Positions 7,607 to 16,242 of a stretch of DNA of 17,740 bases are shown here, one piece after another (positions within the stretch are counted from its first letter, which is position 1; each line of letters opens with the position of its first letter). This DNA is from Candidatus Methylomirabilia bacterium (GTDB taxonomy: Bacteria > Methylomirabilota > Methylomirabilia > Rokubacteriales > CSP1-6), in NCBI GenBank assembly GCA_046758965.1, contig JBHIBG010000055.1, positions 1 to 17,740 of the forward strand. Direction: 5' to 3'. Made by a program: the position numbers and the translations under genes. A model generated the notes under the pieces. The model searched no databases. It saw only the letters and a program-made list of their open reading frames with translations, and was not told the origin of the DNA.

Positions 7607-8797
7607 TCAGCACCACTCCCAGCTCTTCGGGACGTTCACATATGAACGATCCAGGGCGGCAATGGACGGACAACCGAGGAGCCTCAGCGTGCGGTCCAGA
7701 TCGGCTCGCAAGATCTCAATGGCTCGCGCGATCCCTGCTTCACCGGATGCCGCGAGACCATAGGCATAGGCGCGACCGCAGAGAACCGCGCGAGCACCGA
7801 GGCACAGTGCCTTGATGATGTCGGCACCCCGCCGAATGCCTCCGTCCATCAAGACCTCGACCTGACCGTTGACCGCTGCGACGACCTCCGGCAAGGCTCG
7901 CAACGAGGCCGGAACACAGTCCAGTTGCCGGCCGCCATGATTCGAGACGGAGATCGCGGCCGCACCTTCATCAACGGCACGACGCGCGTCGTCGCCTGTG
8001 AGGACTCCTTTGATGACGATCGGACCACGCCAGCAGTCGCGGATCCAGCGCAAGTCCGCCCACGTTACCGTGGAGCTCGCCAGTGCGGCGTTGACATCGA
8101 GGAGCGGCATCGGCCCCTTGCCGGGAATCACGACATTGGGGAGCGCCTGAAGACCGCCGTCGAGCAAGAAGCTGATGAGCCAACCTGGACGTGAGAGGAT
8201 GTTCGGAAGGAACCGGATCTTCTCCAGCAGACTTCCACTGATGAGTTCCTTCATGCCGTTACGATGGTCGCGCTCACGGATCCCGGAGACAGGTGTGTCG
8301 ATGGTAACGACCAGACCCGCGAACCCGGCGACACGGGCTCTCTCGATGACAGCCTCGGCGGCGGCCCGACCGCCCATGAGATAGAGCTGGTAGAACACGG
8401 GCCCGGAGGAGCCGGCTTTCACGTCTTCCAGCTTGTGCCCCGAGATGGTTGAGAGGATATAGGCAGTGCCAGCCTTGCCGGCCGCCCGAGCGGCAGCCAC
8501 TTCACCGCCCGGGTGCATGAGACGGCTGTATCCCACAGGGGCAAGCAAGAAGGGAAGGGACAGCTCGAAGCCCAGAACGCGAGTACGCAAGTCGCAATCC
8601 GAAAGCGCGACTGCGTGGCGCGGCCGGAATGTCACGTCCTCAAAGGCGCGGCAATTCTCGCGAAGCGTAACCTCGCCTTCGGCGCCTCCGTCGAGATAGT
8701 CAAACACGGCCCGGGGCACTCTGCGACGCGCCATAGGCCGGAGATCCTCTATGCAGACAACCCGCGGGGACGCGACTTTGCGGGACGCTCTAGTCAT
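7607..8797 (-). CDS. FMN-dependent alpha-hydroxy-acid oxidase/dehydrogenase (LldD/mandelate dehydrogenase family)
   Basis: Motifs 'FDYLDGGAEGE', 'FYQLY', 'VTIDTP', 'IKGV', catalytic SNHGGRQ and 'DGGIRRGADIIKALCLGA'. The start is uncertain (ATG 8797 or 8830). Confidence 0.93.
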   Translation of the reverse strand: MTRASRKVASPRVVCIEDLRPMARRRVPRAVFDYLDGGAEGEVTLRENCRAFEDVTFRPRHAVALSDCDLRTRVLGFELSLPFLLAPVGYSRLMHPGGEVAAARAAGKAGTAYILSTISGHKLEDVKAGSSGPVFYQLYLMGGRAAAEAVIERARVAGFAGLVVTIDTPVSGIRERDHRNGMKELISGSLLEKIRFLPNILSRPGWLISFLLDGGLQALPNVVIPGKGPMPLLDVNAALASSTVTWADLRWIRDCWRGPIVIKGVLTGDDARRAVDEGAAAISVSNHGGRQLDCVPASLRALPEVVAAVNGQVEVLMDGGIRRGADIIKALCLGARAVLCGRAYAYGLAASGEAGIARAIEILRADLDRTLRLLGCPSIAALDRSYVNVPKSWEWC

Positions 8798-8843
8798 CTT
8801 CGGAAGCATAACCGACACTACCGCGTTCATCTTCGGCCGACGC

Positions 8844-9205
8844 GACACCCTCTGTCAAGGAGCTATGGTCACCCCGTGGGGTCGGTATCAGAACAGCCCC
8901 GCCGCGACGCGGAGCGCGGCGGTGACCCAGACCGCATGCTCGGTGTCCGCCCAGTCGACCCCCCTGTAGTAACGCGCCACCTCGCCCTCCTTTCTGAGCC
9001 TGCCCAGGGAGTCAGATTTAATCCAGCCGAGCTGCCGGCTGTCGTGCAGGGGGGTGATCAGGCAGTTCAGGAACTCAATCGGCACGAAGTCTTCGGGCGG
9101 AGAGTTGGGGCCTACCGTCTGGCCCTTAAAGCTGTTTTCAATGACATCGTCACCCTCGCAGGAGTCCGGGGCTTCCCCTTCCGGAAAGCTGGGGGGTTCA
9201 GCATC
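8844..9205 (-). mobile_element. Internally deleted IS110-family element (left non-coding end, transposase 5' stub, right end)
   Basis: Perfect SD AAAGGAGG (8993-8986), then GTG 8980 encoding VARYYRGVDWADTEHAVWV, which resembles the N-terminal 'GxDW...H' motif of IS110 DEDD transposases. Stop at 8888. An outward-facing TTGACA lies at 8858-8853, and a hairpin-rich region of about 220 nt lies upstream. Boundaries are approximate. Confidence 0.6.
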
Positions 9206-9450
9206 TCCCCATGCCAAAAACGTGACAATTCGTTGACTCGGAGCAGAATGCCGGTCTGCCGGAGCATCGTGTCGGCAATCTCCTCGACGGCCTTCTTCAG
9301 CCGGGGCTGCCCAAAATGGTTCTGAAAGTGGCGCGACGTTGGAGCGTCCGCTTGAGATCTACACGGGTCATTTGTTCCCGCGTGGTTATCTGGCGCCCCC
9401 ACCAACACACACTTACCAGCGTCAAAATCCTCCACTGTACAGCTCGTCAT
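9206..9450 (-). pseudogene. Gene fragment resembling a MepA-like murein endopeptidase domain
   Basis: 'HFQNHFGQPRLKKAVEEIADTMLRQTGILLRVNELS', then after a frameshift 'LAWG'. This recalls the NHYG...IA...LRVNDxSLxWGG pattern. Recognised by eye only. Confidence 0.3.
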
Positions 9451-9505
9451 CGGCTGCCCACCCGCGAAGTAGAACTTTTCGAACGTCCCCGTCGGCTGGT
9501 TCGTC

Positions 9506-11023
9506 TTAGAGCATAGGACCTCTCGCATCGGCGCGGCGAGACCGTCCGAGGGCGCTCCACGCGACCCACGCGACGACCGCGAGCGTCAATGCGAGGAACG
9601 TCGCGGCCACCGGCCGCTCGAAGAATATCCCAACACTGCCATCGGAAATGATCAGCGCCTGGCGCAAACCCGACTCGATCATCGGCGCAAGAATAAATCC
9701 GATCAATAGCGGTGCGATCGGGAACCCGAACTTTGTCATGCCATACCCTAAGACCCCGAACCCAAGCATGACGAAGACATCGAAGAAACTGCTACCGGCC
9801 ACGAAGCTGCCGGTGACGGACAAAACAATGATGATGGGAAACAGGATTGCGCGCGGCAGTCTCACCGCGTGAATGAACACGTGGAGCCCGCCATAGGCGA
9901 CCACGAGATGTAGACACGAGGTGATCAGCATCCCGATCATGAACGCCGTGACAACGTCGCCCTGCTGCGTGAACAGCGTCGGACCCGGTATCAGGCCGTG
10001 GACCATCAGCGCGCCCAGCATGATCGCGGTGATCGCGTCGCCCGGGACACCAAGCGTCAACAGTGGGATGAACGTCGACCCGCAGACGCCGTTGTTCGCG
10101 GATTCGGCCGCGGCCACGCCCTCGAGCGCACCGTTGCCGAAACGTTCCGGCTCTTTGGACAGGTGGCGCGCCAGCCCGTATGCAAGAAACGCGGCGATCG
10201 AGGATCCCAGGCCAGGGATCGCGCCGATGGCGACGCCGAGTGGGGCAGACCGCGACACGACCGGCATACAGGACTTCCATTCCGCCCACGACACGCGGTT
10301 GTCGGCGCGGTGCCTCGACAGCTCGATCACCCGGATGCTGGCCGTCTTTTTCAGGCTCTCCTCGACCTGTACCAGCGCTTCCGAGATGGCGAATAGCCCG
10401 ATGATCAGCGTGATGAACTTGAAGCCGCCGGTCAGCTCGTACACCCCGAACGCCAGCCGCGGCTCCGCCACCAGTGGATCCATGCCGACATTGGCGAACA
10501 ACAGCCCGAGCGCGCCGGCGATGAGGCCCTTGACCAGGCTGCGGCCGGAAACCAGGCCGATGATCGTCAGCGCGAACAGGCCGAGCGCGAAATACTCCGC
10601 CGGCCCGAATGTCAAGGCAAAGCGGGCCAGATGGACGGCGAGCAGGATCAGGGCCAGGTCGCTCACGATCTCGCCGACGACGGAGGCATAAATCGCCAGC
10701 TTGAGCGCCTTGCCGGCCTTGCCCGCCCGGGCCAGCGGGTAGCCGTCAAGGGTGGTTGCCGCCGCCGCCGGCGCGCCCGGGATGTTGATGAGGATCGCCG
10801 AGATCGATCCCCCATAGGTGCCGCCCTTGTATATGCCGATGAGCATCGAGAGCCCTGCGAGCGGTGACAGGTGATAGGTGAAGGGCAGCGCCAGCGCGAC
10901 CGCAAGCGGCACGTTAAGACCAGGAATCGCGCCGATGACGATGCCGATGACCAGGCCCAACACCATCATCGCGATGTTGTGAACTTGAAGGATCAGCGCG
11001 AAGCCGACGACAAACTGGTCCAT
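9506..11023 (-). CDS. tctA: Tripartite tricarboxylate transporter large permease
   Basis: 505-aa hydrophobic protein with the TctA repeat motifs 'GAIPGL', 'GGTYGGSISAILINIPG', 'TLDGYPLA', 'GVAAAESANN' and 'PLLTLGVPG'. Confidence 0.97.
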   Translation of the reverse strand: MDQFVVGFALILQVHNIAMMVLGLVIGIVIGAIPGLNVPLAVALALPFTYHLSPLAGLSMLIGIYKGGTYGGSISAILINIPGAPAAAATTLDGYPLARAGKAGKALKLAIYASVVGEIVSDLALILLAVHLARFALTFGPAEYFALGLFALTIIGLVSGRSLVKGLIAGALGLLFANVGMDPLVAEPRLAFGVYELTGGFKFITLIIGLFAISEALVQVEESLKKTASIRVIELSRHRADNRVSWAEWKSCMPVVSRSAPLGVAIGAIPGLGSSIAAFLAYGLARHLSKEPERFGNGALEGVAAAESANNGVCGSTFIPLLTLGVPGDAITAIMLGALMVHGLIPGPTLFTQQGDVVTAFMIGMLITSCLHLVVAYGGLHVFIHAVRLPRAILFPIIIVLSVTGSFVAGSSFFDVFVMLGFGVLGYGMTKFGFPIAPLLIGFILAPMIESGLRQALIISDGSVGIFFERPVAATFLALTLAVVAWVAWSALGRSRRADARGPML

Positions 11024-11030
11024 CGTGGCA

Positions 11031-12140
11031 CTACCGCGCCGTGGCCCGCGCGCGCTCGACTTCCTCCTCCGAGTAGCGCAGGGCCCGAAAGATCCAGTTG
11101 TTCAACCCGGCGCGCACGCCCATGAACATGTGAGGGCTCACGTACTCCCAGACAAGCTCTCTTTCTCGGGTGACCTCGAAGATCCGTCCGAAGCAGCCCT
11201 CACAGATGAGGGTGTTTCCATTCGGGAGACGCTGTGCCCCGGAAATGAAGGGGCTGTAAAAATTGAAGGGGGTGGGATCCCGGTATTCCCACACGATCTC
11301 GTTCGTCCTGGGATTCACCTCGATGACGCGGGACCAGTTCATGGGGTGATCGAGGCGGTGCACGCCGTTGTCGAAGATGAGCACGTTGCCGTTGGCGAGG
11401 GGGCGGCAGTCATGCTGCTGCGCCAAGGGCGGTGGCCCGATCTTCCACATGATCTCCCCGGTGCGCCGATCGATCAGGCCCACCGTGGAGGTGTGGCGGA
11501 AGCTAAACATCAAGTTTCCGTCTTCCAGCTCGACGAGGGTGTTCCCGTGGGTCCACTCCTCTCGCCGGTCGAAGGGACAGATCTGGTCGGTCTCGGGATC
11601 CAGGTGGTCCTTCGCATCCCACTCCCACACGACCTCGCCTTTCGTCGTCACCTCCTGGAAGTAGTCGCAGTACATCCGCCCGCCGGACAACTCGGTGCCG
11701 GGCCGTCCACCGCGAACGCGGGGGACGAAATCCAGCGGCAGCTCTCGGAGGCACATGAGCAGCACGTTCCCGTTGCGCAGCAACCGACCGTCGTGATGGT
11801 GTTCCGGATTGTCTACCGTCCACAGGATGTTTCCCCGCCAATCAGCTGCGAGGAGGCGGCCCCCCTTGAAGTTGTCCCAGCCGACGAAGAGGTCGTGGAG
11901 GGGAGAGGTGGCCGCGTTGTAGACGAGGAGCCCCTCCCCGCTCAGGTAGCCGTACAGACCGGGTTTGTGGGGCATGTTCCACGTATGGACGGGCCTGCCG
12001 TTCATGTCGATGAGGTAGATCGTCCCGTCCCCATACTGAGGCGTGAAGAGAGTGTATCCTGACCAGGCCTTGTCCGGGTTGTGAGCCGTCACCCCGCTCT
12101 TCATCAGCCGTCGGATCTTGTTCTGCTCTACCTGCGCCAT
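11031..12140 (-). CDS. Aryl-sulfate sulfotransferase (ASST)-family beta-propeller protein without a signal peptide
   Basis: Motifs 'GYTLF', HHD, 'WTHGN', 'SFR', 'QQHD', 'IFDNG' and 'SGAQRLPNGNTLICEG', plus repeated 'GEVVWEW' blades. Confidence 0.88.
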   Translation of the reverse strand: MAQVEQNKIRRLMKSGVTAHNPDKAWSGYTLFTPQYGDGTIYLIDMNGRPVHTWNMPHKPGLYGYLSGEGLLVYNAATSPLHDLFVGWDNFKGGRLLAADWRGNILWTVDNPEHHHDGRLLRNGNVLLMCLRELPLDFVPRVRGGRPGTELSGGRMYCDYFQEVTTKGEVVWEWDAKDHLDPETDQICPFDRREEWTHGNTLVELEDGNLMFSFRHTSTVGLIDRRTGEIMWKIGPPPLAQQHDCRPLANGNVLIFDNGVHRLDHPMNWSRVIEVNPRTNEIVWEYRDPTPFNFYSPFISGAQRLPNGNTLICEGCFGRIFEVTRERELVWEYVSPHMFMGVRAGLNNWIFRALRYSEEEVERARATAR

Positions 12141-12213
12141 AGGCGTCTCCTTCCGCTCCGATCAAGCCTGATCCGAGGATGCCTCGGGGTCGCCCAGCCA
12201 GGACGGCGTTACT

Positions 12214-13233
12214 TCAGGTCAAGCTCCAACTCGTCCTGTACCGCCCGTCGTCACGGACGATGCGGAAGCGTTGCCGCCCGATCCCTTGGACCTCGCCCAT
12301 CACGTCGTCCCCGGGCTTGAGCCACTGGCCCCACTTCGGGGCGTTCCCCGCAGGCGAGCCCGTGGCGATCACGTCGCCCACCTGAAGGGTGACGATCTGG
12401 GAGAAGAAGGCAATCTGTGCGTCGATCTTGTGGACCATCTCTCGGGCGAGGGCGTTCTGGCGAAGCTGACCGTTCACCCACAGGCGCAGGCGCATCTTGT
12501 AAGGATCGATCCCCTCTCCGGCCAGGAGGAGGTACGGGCCGAGGGGAGCAAATCCGTCGCGCGCTTTCATCTTGAACCAGTCGATCCGGCCACCAGCGGT
12601 GCCACCCGGAGGGATGCCGGCCCGGTCGCTCATATCATTGACGATGGTGTAGCCGGCCACATGCTGCATCGCCTGGCGTCTTGGGATGTTCCGTCCGCCC
12701 TTCCCGATCACCACCGCCAGCTCGATTTCGTAGTCGAGCTTCTCCACCGACGGGGGAACCGCCACGGGGTCGAACGCACCCTGGACCGCTGTGTGGGGCT
12801 TCAGGAAGCCAAAGAGCGTGAACCGGTCTCGCCGCATCTTCAGGTGTTTCTCGAATTCCTTGCCGTGCTCCTCGTAGTTGCGCGCCATGCAGAGCACGCG
12901 CGGGGGCCGCAGGGGAGGCAAGAAGCGCAACGCGGCGGGATCATGGAGCACGGGCGCCCCGTCGAAGCGCCTATCCCGCCCGGCCCGCCGCAGCGCGCGG
13001 AGTGCCTCCCCCCGCACCCTTCGCGCCAAATCCGGCCACCGGAGAGAGGCTTCCACGGTCTGGGGGACGTCGTGGCAGGCCCGCGCCAGAGCCTCCTCGG
13101 GCCCCGTCCCCGACAGGCTCAACGCGTACGCCCGCGTTAGATCAGCTACCTTGCCGCCGACCGCGGCGCCGATTCGGGACTCCCCGCCGAACGCGAACAT
13201 GCACAGCCGCACGCCCTCCGCCATTCTAGCCAT
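12214..13233 (-). CDS. Fumarylacetoacetate hydrolase-family protein
   Basis: Motifs 'CMARNYEEH', 'FLKP', metal ligands in 'DYEIELAVVIG' and 'NDMSDR', 'PLGP' and 'GDVIATGSPAG'. Confidence 0.95.
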   Translation of the reverse strand: MARMAEGVRLCMFAFGGESRIGAAVGGKVADLTRAYALSLSGTGPEEALARACHDVPQTVEASLRWPDLARRVRGEALRALRRAGRDRRFDGAPVLHDPAALRFLPPLRPPRVLCMARNYEEHGKEFEKHLKMRRDRFTLFGFLKPHTAVQGAFDPVAVPPSVEKLDYEIELAVVIGKGGRNIPRRQAMQHVAGYTIVNDMSDRAGIPPGGTAGGRIDWFKMKARDGFAPLGPYLLLAGEGIDPYKMRLRLWVNGQLRQNALAREMVHKIDAQIAFFSQIVTLQVGDVIATGSPAGNAPKWGQWLKPGDDVMGEVQGIGRQRFRIVRDDGRYRTSWSLT

Positions 13234-13350
13234 CTATCGCTCTCCGTTCGGTGCGTCAGCCTCGATTGGCCATCCCCCCCGACGCGGACCCGCGTGTCCA
13301 TACCACGCGAGTGCGCGGGTCCCGGGCCGACTCCGCTCAGGAACCCGGCA

Positions 13351-14364
13351 TCAGGCGAGATCGCGGAGGGCGGGAGCGACGTCGCATCCGAGGAAGCGGA
13401 TCGAACGCAGCACGCGCTCCTGGTCGAGCGAGTGCTCCGGCCCGGGAAGCTGTACGCGGGCGATCACGTGGTTGAAGCCGGCGCGGCGGTGGTATTCCCG
13501 GAGCTTTTCGACGCACTGGTTCGGGTCGCCGACGATGAACCGCTCCTGCGCTAACCGTTCGGGGCTGACCTCCAGAGACTCCACCTTCTTGTTTCCCCAC
13601 TGCACGAACGCCTCGTACTTCGCCTTGATGTACGGCTTCACCTCCTCCAGCACGGTACGACGATCCTGGGAGATGAACGTGTCGATGAAGAGGTATCTCT
13701 CGCGGGGCGCAGGGCGGCCGGCGGCCCGGCGACCGGCTTCGTACTCCTCCATGAGGCTGACGAGGGAGTCGATCGTGACGTTTCCGCTGGCGATCCACCC
13801 GTCCCCGATCTCGCCCGCTCGCCGAACGGCCGGAGGCAGGTTCGCTCCGACCAGGATCGGAGGATGAGGCCGCTGGATGGGCCGCGAGGTGAGGCTGGCG
13901 TCCTTCAGTCGAAAGTAGTTCCCTTCGTAGGTGACGCGTTCCTCCGTCCATAGCCGCCGGAGGATCTCCACACCCTCCACCAGCCGTCCCACCCGCTCCC
14001 GTTTGGGCACGCCCAGGTTCTCGAACTCCACGTCGCGGTAGCCGAGGCCCACCCCGAGGCGGAAGTGCCCGCCCGTGAGAAGGTCCATCGTGGTGGCCAC
14101 CTCGGCCAGGTCGAGGGGCTGATAGAAGGGCAGGAGCAACACGTTGGTGCCGATCACCATGTCGCCCGCTTCGGCGGCGGCGCGGGCGAGGAACGGGAGC
14201 GGCTGGAGCATCATGAAGGGATGCGGCGCCCAGTGCTGGCCGGCCCAGAGCGAGTCCAGCCCGCTGTCCCTCATGACCCGCACCTGCTCCAGGTGCTCCT
14301 GCGTCTTGCGGGCAATGTCATCCTTCATCGAGTGCTGGAAAGAGATGTAAACGCCGAACTTCAT
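13351..14364 (-). CDS. LLM-class (luciferase-like) flavin-dependent oxidoreductase
   Basis: Motifs 'MKFGV', 'GLDSLWAGQH', 'LAEVATTMDLLTGGHFRLGVGLGY', 'PIQRPHPPILVG' and 'FIVGDP'. ATG 14364 overlaps the upstream TGA (ATGA). Confidence 0.93.
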   Translation of the reverse strand: MKFGVYISFQHSMKDDIARKTQEHLEQVRVMRDSGLDSLWAGQHWAPHPFMMLQPLPFLARAAAEAGDMVIGTNVLLLPFYQPLDLAEVATTMDLLTGGHFRLGVGLGYRDVEFENLGVPKRERVGRLVEGVEILRRLWTEERVTYEGNYFRLKDASLTSRPIQRPHPPILVGANLPPAVRRAGEIGDGWIASGNVTIDSLVSLMEEYEAGRRAAGRPAPRERYLFIDTFISQDRRTVLEEVKPYIKAKYEAFVQWGNKKVESLEVSPERLAQERFIVGDPNQCVEKLREYHRRAGFNHVIARVQLPGPEHSLDQERVLRSIRFLGCDVAPALRDLA

Positions 14365-15527
14365 CGCGGCGCGTTGCCCACGGCTGACGCGTGGAGGCGG
14401 GCCGGATCCCAGCGGTACTGTCGCACCTTCTCCTCGTCCACCTCGATGCCCAGGCCGGGAGTCCGGGAGACGATCGCCTCGCCGCCGCCCTCGCCAAAGC
14501 CGTTGGCCGAGTAGGTGTCTTTGATGAACTGCGGGCCGTTGAGGTCGATGGGCCGATCGAAGCCATAGGCCGCGAACAGGTGGGCGCTGGCGGCGTACCC
14601 GAGCGGGGCGTCCATGAGCCCGCTTCCCAGAAGCCCGATTCCCCGCTCGCGGGCTACCCGAGCGAGCTCGCGCGCGTGGAAGAGCCCACCGGCCTTGTTC
14701 ACCTTCACCACGATGGACTTCACCAGCCCGAGCCGGATCAGTTCCTCCATGAAAGGAACGGAGAGGACCGACTCGTCCAGCGCGATCTCGAGCGACGTCT
14801 TCTCGGACAAACCCCTGAGGGCCGACAGGTGGTGGCTCGCGACGGGCTGCTCGAAGATGGTGATCCCCAGCTCCTCGAAGGCCCGGGCTTTCTGGAGGGC
14901 GGTCTCCGGGTCGTACCCCTGATTCGCGTCGCACCAGACGAACCCCTTCGGGCCAGCCCCGTCCATCACCGCCTTGACGTTGGCCTCGTCCATCCCAGGA
15001 TCGTGACCCACTTTGACTTTGAAGGCCGTGTACCCTCGCGACTTCGCGTGGGCCACTTCCTCACGGGCCTTGTCCGGGTTCGACACGGAGACGAGCCAGC
15101 TGAGCCGGATGCGGTCCTGCTCCATGCTCCCCACGATCTCCTGCACGCACTTGCCGCTCTTTTTCCCGAGCAGGTCGTAGAGCGCCATGTCGAGGGCGGC
15201 TTTCGCGATGGGCTGGCCCTGGTCGAAACCAGGTGCCACCTCGTCGTCCATCCTGGCGTGGGCGCCCGCGATGTCCTCGGCGTCGTGGCCGAGGAGGGCA
15301 GGGATGAAGTAGCCGCCGATGGAGGATTCGGCGCTCTCGAGCGTCTCGTAAGACCACCGGCGGCTCGGCCCGGCCTCCCCCCAGCCCACGGTGCCGTCGG
15401 CGGCGGTGATCTTGACCAGGATGACCCGCTTGCCCTCGACCAGGGAACGGCTCGATCCCCGGGGCAGCACGACGAGCCCCCTGAGGGGCATGGACACGTG
15501 AAACATCTCGATGCGTTCGATCTTCAT
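14361..15527 (-). CDS. Enolase-superfamily enzyme, muconate lactonizing enzyme (MLE) subgroup
   Basis: Capping domain 'GTVGWGEA' and 'AKAALDMALYDL'. KxK motif (FKVKVG), metal ligands DANQ/EQP/DES, and a second Lys in 'VKVNK'. Start trimmed to MKIERIE. Confidence 0.93.
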   Translation of the reverse strand: MKIERIEMFHVSMPLRGLVVLPRGSSRSLVEGKRVILVKITAADGTVGWGEAGPSRRWSYETLESAESSIGGYFIPALLGHDAEDIAGAHARMDDEVAPGFDQGQPIAKAALDMALYDLLGKKSGKCVQEIVGSMEQDRIRLSWLVSVSNPDKAREEVAHAKSRGYTAFKVKVGHDPGMDEANVKAVMDGAGPKGFVWCDANQGYDPETALQKARAFEELGITIFEQPVASHHLSALRGLSEKTSLEIALDESVLSVPFMEELIRLGLVKSIVVKVNKAGGLFHARELARVARERGIGLLGSGLMDAPLGYAASAHLFAAYGFDRPIDLNGPQFIKDTYSANGFGEGGGEAIVSRTPGLGIEVDEEKVRQYRWDPARLHASAVGNAPR

Positions 15528-15645
15528 GGGCTCTTCACCGCGGGCTCCACAGGGGCGGCCTCCATTCCGCATCAGACACCCCGGCACCCCGCAGGCACGG
15601 GGATCCAGACATCGAAGATGGAGCTGGACCTCAGAGAAAGGCAGG

Positions 15646-15732
15646 TCAGGGTGTGTTGAGCGCCTTTCCCGCTTTCGCCAGCGGGGAGCCGTCAAGGGCG
15701 GTCTCTGCGAAGCCGGCGACGACCAGGTTCAT
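15646..15732 (-). pseudogene. Internally deleted tctA relic (28 codons)
   Basis: Starts 2 nt after the tctB stop. MNLVVAGFA matches TctA 1-9 (MDQFVVGFA), and TALDGSPLAKAGKAL matches TctA from residue 90 (TTLDGYPLARAGKA). The core is 24/26 nt identical to 10731-10756. Confidence 0.8.
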
Positions 15733-15734
15733 GG

Positions 15735-16199
15735 TCAAAAGAGCCCGCCGCGCGGCAACAGAACGAGCATCACCCGTTCGAAGAAGAAAAACAGCGCGGG
15801 TGGCACCAGCACCATCATGGCAGCAATGCCCAAGATCCGCCGGTTGCCGTAAAGCAGCGAAAGCAGGCACAGCGCCAGCGCCGTCGACAGCAAATAGCCG
15901 AGCCAGGGCATGGCGGCAATATAGACAGCGGTGACTGCCACCGTCGCGAGCACAACTATGAGGCTCCTCGAGCCGGTGGGCTCATCCCCATGCAGCGCGG
16001 ACGGCGCCTGACGAAATCCAGCGATGGCGACGATGGCGGAAAGACCGGCGATCAGGGCCGACAGACCCAGCGGGAACGAGGCTGGTGTCAGTACTGTGCC
16101 TTCGGTCGTGTTGGCGTAATAGGGCACCGCGAAGTACAGGGCGACGCTCAAACCACATAGCGTCGCCCCGACCCAGAAATCCCCGCGTCGGCGCCCCAT
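15735..16199 (-). CDS. tctB: Tripartite tricarboxylate transporter small permease
   Basis: 154 aa with 4-5 TM segments. Motifs 'PASFP', 'LGYLLST' and C-terminal 'F..VMLVLLPRG'. Lies directly downstream of tctC. Confidence 0.9.
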   Translation of the reverse strand: MGRRRGDFWVGATLCGLSVALYFAVPYYANTTEGTVLTPASFPLGLSALIAGLSAIVAIAGFRQAPSALHGDEPTGSRSLIVVLATVAVTAVYIAAMPWLGYLLSTALALCLLSLLYGNRRILGIAAMMVLVPPALFFFFERVMLVLLPRGGLF

Positions 16200-16242
16200 T
16201 GCAATGACCCAGTGGTCGCCCGAAGCCCAGGATGACCCGAAG

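Noticed and set aside
7569..7612. Cys-TGA at the oxidase C-terminus as a second selenocysteine site
   Set aside because: The domain is already complete, there is no SECIS-like hairpin, and the downstream sequence is the SD region of the next gene.
13286..13322. 9-bp inverted repeat GGACCCGCG/CGCGGGTCC between the LLM and FAH genes
   Set aside because: It is real but has no U-tract and is an ordinary intergenic hairpin for GC-rich DNA.
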